The notes under the pieces are model-generated. The model did no database searches. It saw only the letters and a program-made list of their open reading frames with translations, and was not told where the DNA came from. Both the position numbers and the translations under genes were made by a program. This document shows positions 58,590 to 64,000 of a DNA stretch of 64,000 bases, piece after piece (the first letter of the stretch is position 1; each line of letters opens with the position of its first letter). Origin of the DNA: Eledone cirrhosa (taxonomy: Eukaryota); assembly GCA_964016885.1 (NCBI GenBank), contig OZ024743.1:191642001-191706000 (forward strand). Direction: 5' to 3'.

Positions 58590-58634
58590 AGTCACTGAAG
58601 AGGTCACAGAATGTGTGACGAAAGAACTCTGACA
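58590..58634 (+). ncRNA. Family B hammerhead (3' pLTR)
   Basis: GUCA CUGAAGA G GUCACA..UGUGAC GAAA GAAC UC UGAC. Confidence 0.85.
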
Positions 58635-58861
58635 ATATATAAACAACCATCTGGTTGTGGAACCAACTAACCAGACGGAAATTTATAAATTCCTAAATTT
58701 ATAAATTTATTATAATAAATTGAAGTGAAAGGAACTGGTGCGTGTGTTTCTTATTGGCAACATGACCCTCCCAAAGTATAACAATATCGGTTTCAACACA
58801 CGATCTCAGATAAAGAATCTTGCTAAACAAATTCAGAAACGAAATATATTTATATATATTA

Positions 58862-58955
<94 letters not shown>

Positions 58956-59111
58956 GTATATATATATTATAATATTGTTATACTTGGGGAGGGTCATATT
59001 CGTGTAATATTGCCAGAATCAATAACAGAACACACTCACTGTTTGGTTGGTTTTCGTTTTTCGCTTCTGTGTCTTTTATATCGGTAATCTAATTTATTCG
59101 GTCCTCAATGA

Positions 59112-60480
59112 TCAGGTAAGAAAAATGGTCGCACATGCAATAGGGGCTAGTATCAAAACTACCCTAAAGGGCCACATATTTAAGCTCAACGAGAAGATCT
59201 ACACCCAAAATGAGGGAGCAGCCATTGGCGTCAGCATAGCTGGTGATGTTGCCAACCTTTTCATGGTATGGTGGGAAAGGAGACTTAAAGATCTCCTTAA
59301 TGAGAGCTCCATAGACCTCATCATGTACTCTCGTTATGTAGACGATATCAATATAGTTATAAGAACATCCCCACTAGAGAGCACTAACAAGTTTGATTTT
59401 GAACGTAGCACAATGGAAAGCATACAGCAGATAGCTAATTCCATACACCAGAGTATAACTGTAACTATCGACTTCCCTTCCAAACACCCTAACAATAGAC
59501 TACCTGTATTAGACACGGAACTCTGGATTAACACTATAGACGAGAGAGACCAAATTCTCCACTCACACAATGCTAAACCCATGGCCTCCATATACCTGAT
59601 ACTCAAAAACTCAGCAATGTCCAGTAGTGCTAAGATTAATATTCTGATCGCAGATTTGGTACGAGTGATGAAGAATGTGTCCCGCATGTGCGACCCAACA
59701 GAAATGGAAAGACACATCCAACACTTCATCAACCGCATGCAGTTCTCTGGCTACAACCAAAGAGACAGAGTCAGAGTATACGAAGGAGCCATGGAAACGT
59801 ATAAGACCCTCATAGAACTGGACATGAAAGGAATTTGCCCATTATATAGGAGCAAATCATGGAAGAGCTGAGATATTACTAGACATAAGATAGGGAAAGC
59901 CACCTCATGGTACGACAACTAGAGATACCAGAGTGTCATGTTTGTGGACGCTACCCCTGGAGGGAAGTTAGCTAACCAGTGTAGAAAGGCCCTGAGAAAG
60001 ACCCACTTAAACATTAAGGTGGTAGAAAAGCCAGGAACCACCATAAAATCCCTGATCAGCAAAACCTACCCTTTTAAGAAAACCCACTGTACTAATCGGA
60101 AATGTATCATATGTAAGATAAACACCCGGATAAACTGTAAAACTAGAAACGTAGTCTATAGCATAAGATGTACAGAGGGTACTTGCAGAAACATGACAAC
60201 AACATACATAGGTGAGACAGCTCGTAGCATAGGTGAAAGGATAGACCAACACTGGGGGGAACTAAAAGGACGAAAAAACGGGTCAGTACTATACGAACAT
60301 GCCAGACAACAACACGACGGTAACATAGACAACATAGAAATTAGAATAATATCTAAACATAGAAATGACCCAGCAGATAGGCAAATCAGAGAGGCCAGTG
60401 AAATAGAACTTAGAAGGCCAAGACTAAACAGAAGAATGAATGGAATAACAACAACACCCAAACAAACAACACTGACCTAA
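59112..60480 (+). pseudogene. PLE RT + GIY-YIG with stops
   Basis: ORFs 59047-59871 (first ~21 aa come from the inverted stub) and 59938-60480. Confidence 0.9.
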
Positions 60481-60739
60481 GAGAAGTATAAATAAGTAAA
60501 TAAATAGATAAATAAATAAATAAATACATACACCAGCACAATAACAACAAACACATATAAACACACACTAGTCACCCAATCACGAACACACATCAAACAA
60601 AACACTATACACACACGCAAACGCATGCGCAAAGAAGACAAAATAAAATAAACAAACAAGCAAATAAATAAATTAATATATAAACAGACTAAATAAAAAT
60701 GGCGTAGACATACAATGTAACGGGAGGAAACAGTAGCAC

Positions 60740-60777
60740 CACTGACGATGTTGCAGATGTGCAACGAAAGATTTATG
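60740..60777 (+). ncRNA. Family A hammerhead-like motif
   Basis: CUGACGA U GUUGCA-GAUG-UGCAAC GAAA GAUU UA. Confidence 0.65.
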
Positions 60778-61276
60778 ATAAACTATATATATGTGTTTGT
60801 GTCTATATTGTATCTGTATTATTTTTGACCGTCGGTCAGTCAATGGCAACATTGAGGACCGAATAAATTAGATTACCGATATAAAAGACACAGAAGCGAA
60901 AAGCGAAAACCAACCAAACAGTGAGTGTGTTCTGTTATTAATTCTAGCAATATGACACGAATATGACGCTCCCCAAGTATAACAATATTTCTTTCGACAC
61001 ACGATTTCATATAAAAAACCTCACAAAACTAATTCATCGTCGTTATATTATAATATATATATATATAATATATATATATATTATATATATTATATATAAT
61101 ATATATATATATAATATATATATATATATTATATATATATATATTATATATATATAATATATATATATATATAATATATATATATTATATATATATAATA
61201 TATATATATTATATAAATATATATATTATATATATATATATTATATATAATATATATATATATTATATATATATAT

Positions 61277-61320
<44 letters not shown>

Positions 61321-61347
61321 ATATATATATATATTATATATATATAT

Positions 61348-61381
<34 letters not shown>

Positions 61382-61417
61382 CATATATATATATATATTA
61401 TATATATATATTATAAT

Positions 61418-61463
<46 letters not shown>

Positions 61464-61535
61464 ATATTATATAAAATATATATATATATTATATATATAT
61501 ATATATTATAATATATATATACATATATATGTATA

Positions 61536-64000
61536 TGTAGATAAATCTACCAAAATGTACGGTAGTGTCCAATCCGTATGAAGAACTCAATGTAATCCGA
61601 ATATCATGAAAAGAGAAGATGTATTAAAAAATGTTTCTCCGATGAAAATTACAGGAAGACGAAGTCAAGATAAATTTAAAAAATAATGAATAAATACAAA
61701 GAGACAGTTCCTTATATTAAAAAATTCATCATTTTACGATCGTTTCTAGGATATATATGTTTGTGATGGTATGTATATCATATATATCTATGTAAAATGT
61801 TTACAAACTATCAGAGGGAATATACATACCTACACATATATATGCTGTCTTCAGAAATAATGATATTTGTTTATTGAAAAAACCCAACAAAAATTTAATA
61901 TAATAGGTCTGTTTGGGAACAGGTTTTGAATTGACCAATAGAAAGGTAGTAAATGGTCAAGATGGTAAAATAGTAGTAATAGAACTTTAATTTAGGGGTA
62001 GAGGAAGGCAGATTTCAGTTTTGAATGGAAAGAGTATGATGAATGAAAAGATTATTTTAGGGATGAAAATAGGTCAAGTCGGTAAAAGGTACACGAAAAA
62101 TTGATGTTATAAAAGAATAATGCCAATGTAAAGAGAATAAAATTTTACGATAAATGTGTTAGTGAAAAATATCAATCTTATTTAAAATATAGGGAATTTA
62201 CATCTATAAAAAGAAAATAAATTAATTAAATTGATAGGAATATTTATATTGATAAATTTATATTAATGCATATAGATATGATAAATAAGAGTTAGATGTA
62301 ATTGAAGAGTGCTGTTAAAAACGAAGGGAAAATAAAAAAATAATAATAATTATTGGGGGGGGGGTTAAATTTATTAGTGAGAAATAAATTTATATAGATT
62401 ATAAGGAACATAGAATCATAACCTGAAATTAAAATAGTTTATATGTATACTTAATGGTATAAATATTAGGAAAAGATAGCTGTAAAAGGGAAATAAAATT
62501 ATGTAGTTCATTAGTAGTAGAATATTAATTATAGGTTAACTAATTTAAAAAAAGTGTTATTATAATAATTTCTAAAGTGTATATTAATTAGGTTTATAAT
62601 ATTTAAAAGTTATTCTCAGTTTATGATTACATGATATAATTAATTCCTGTCGTTTATTTAATCCTTAGATTTCATTATTTCAAAAAGTTCCTGGGAACAT
62701 AATCTACATTCATATCTATTATTTTGATAAGGGGTGGCCCTTTTGAGCACACCCCAAGTCAGGTCATAATCTATATTCCTCTTTCTAAATTATTAATTAT
62801 TTCAGCTAAAGATGTATTAGCTAATGCGGCATTTTTAAAACTGTGTTTGTGGGTATTAAATCTTACTTTAAATTGGTTAGAAGTAGCTCCTATATATGAA
62901 TAAATTGAGTCCTTAGTGTTAACTTTACATTTATATACTATGTTATTAATAAGGCAATTTCCTTTTAATGGGCAATTTGCTTTGTTTCTATAGTTACAAC
63001 TTTTCGTGAATGCTGTATCAGAGGAGATAGTGAAATTAGGTGCGGAATTTTCACGACTTGTTGTATGTGAATGAGATGGTGGTTTGCTGTGGTTTATTTT
63101 AGTATTATGGTTAGTTTGATGTATTGGTGGTATATTCATGTTTTTTTTTTTACATTTATATGCATTATAGGCACTTATATTTTGTTGTATGTTTTTGGTT
63201 GTTGAGTAGGAGAATTTAACCGTTGATCTATTTAAAATTTATATGGTATTTGTGGTTTGGCAGGGTGTTTTTCTCTAGGATAGTAAAAAAATGTTTAGGT
63301 ATATAATCTTTAATTTGTAGATTAAATGGAGCATTATTCTAAGTAACTCGTCTATTACGGTTTCGATGTTGTTTATTTTTTATAAGATGTATCCTGATGT
63401 TAATTAAACTTTTTGAAATAATGAAATCTAAGGATATCCTATTAAATAAAGGACAGGAATTAATTATATCATGTAATCATAAACTGAGAATAACTTTTAA
63501 ATATTATAAACCTAATTAATATACACTTTAGAAATTATTATAATAACACTTTTTTTAAATTAGTTAACCTATAATTAATATTCTACTACTAATGAACTAC
63601 ATAATTTTATTTCCCTTTTACAGCTATCTTTTCCTAATATTTATACCATTAAGTATACATATAAACTATTTTAATTTCAGGTTATGATTCTATGTTCCTT
63701 ATAATCTATATAAATTTGTTATTTCTCACTAATAAATTTAACTCCCCCCCCCCCCCAATAATTATTATTATTGTTTTATTTTCCCTTCGTTTTTAACAGC
63801 ACTCTTCAATTACATCTAACTCTTATTTATCATATCTATATGCATTAATATAAATGTATCAATATAAATATTCCTATCAATTTAATTAATTTATTTTCTT
63901 TTTATAGATGTAAATTCCCTATATTTTAAATAAGATTGATATTTTTCACTAACACATTTATCGTAAAATTTTATTCTCCTTAGATATTACATTGGCATTA
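61536..64000. mobile_element. PLE family D copy, inverted (minus 61536-~63405, plus ~63406 to window end)
   Basis: GIY-YIG remnant 62771-63139 (CPLKGNCLINNIVYKCKV..YIGATSNQFKVRFNTH); 63406-64000 inverts ~62110-62690. Confidence 0.9.
61727..61862 (-). ncRNA. Long-stem-II hammerhead, family D
   Basis: CAUUAUUU CUGAAGA [~100-nt hairpin] GAAA CGAUCG UA AAAUGAUG. Confidence 0.8.

Larger units (their letters stand above)
52546..58845. mobile_element. PLE family B copy 2: truncated minus arm (52546-54524) + full-length plus unit pLTR-ORF-pLTR (54525-58845)
   Basis: Three pLTR/HHR copies; both outer ends terminate at cagaaacgaaat|TA. Confidence 0.95.
58972..61043. mobile_element. PLE family A copy 2: short inverted pLTR stub (58972-~59111) + truncated plus arm
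   Basis: Homologous to 33-2273; TA flanks. Confidence 0.93.

Overview
Eukaryotic, AT-rich, gene-free window made almost entirely of retroelements separated by (TA)n and degenerate (TA)nA tracts. The SINE heads and tails resemble octopus SINEs as I recall them, so an octopod host is an inference. No host gene, rRNA, true tRNA gene or CRISPR array is visible. The window is dominated by at least 10 families of Penelope-like elements (PLEs; RT plus C-terminal GIY-YIG) and their non-coding derivatives; family letters are my own labels. Most sit in TA microsatellite, and many have a tail-out inverted layout with two 3' ends facing outward. About 25 type I hammerhead ribozyme (HHR) motifs can be folded by eye in the pLTRs, including U3-A8 core variants and forms with a ~100-nt stem II. 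Also present: a retrozyme-like tandem array whose monomer carries an HHR and a (TA)n tract, a head-to-head HHR palindrome, a near full-length CR1/L2-group LINE, an RTE 3' fragment and tRNA-derived SINEs. Coordinates were read by eye and may be off by a few bases. Most small ORFs in the track are microsatellite or antisense artefacts.
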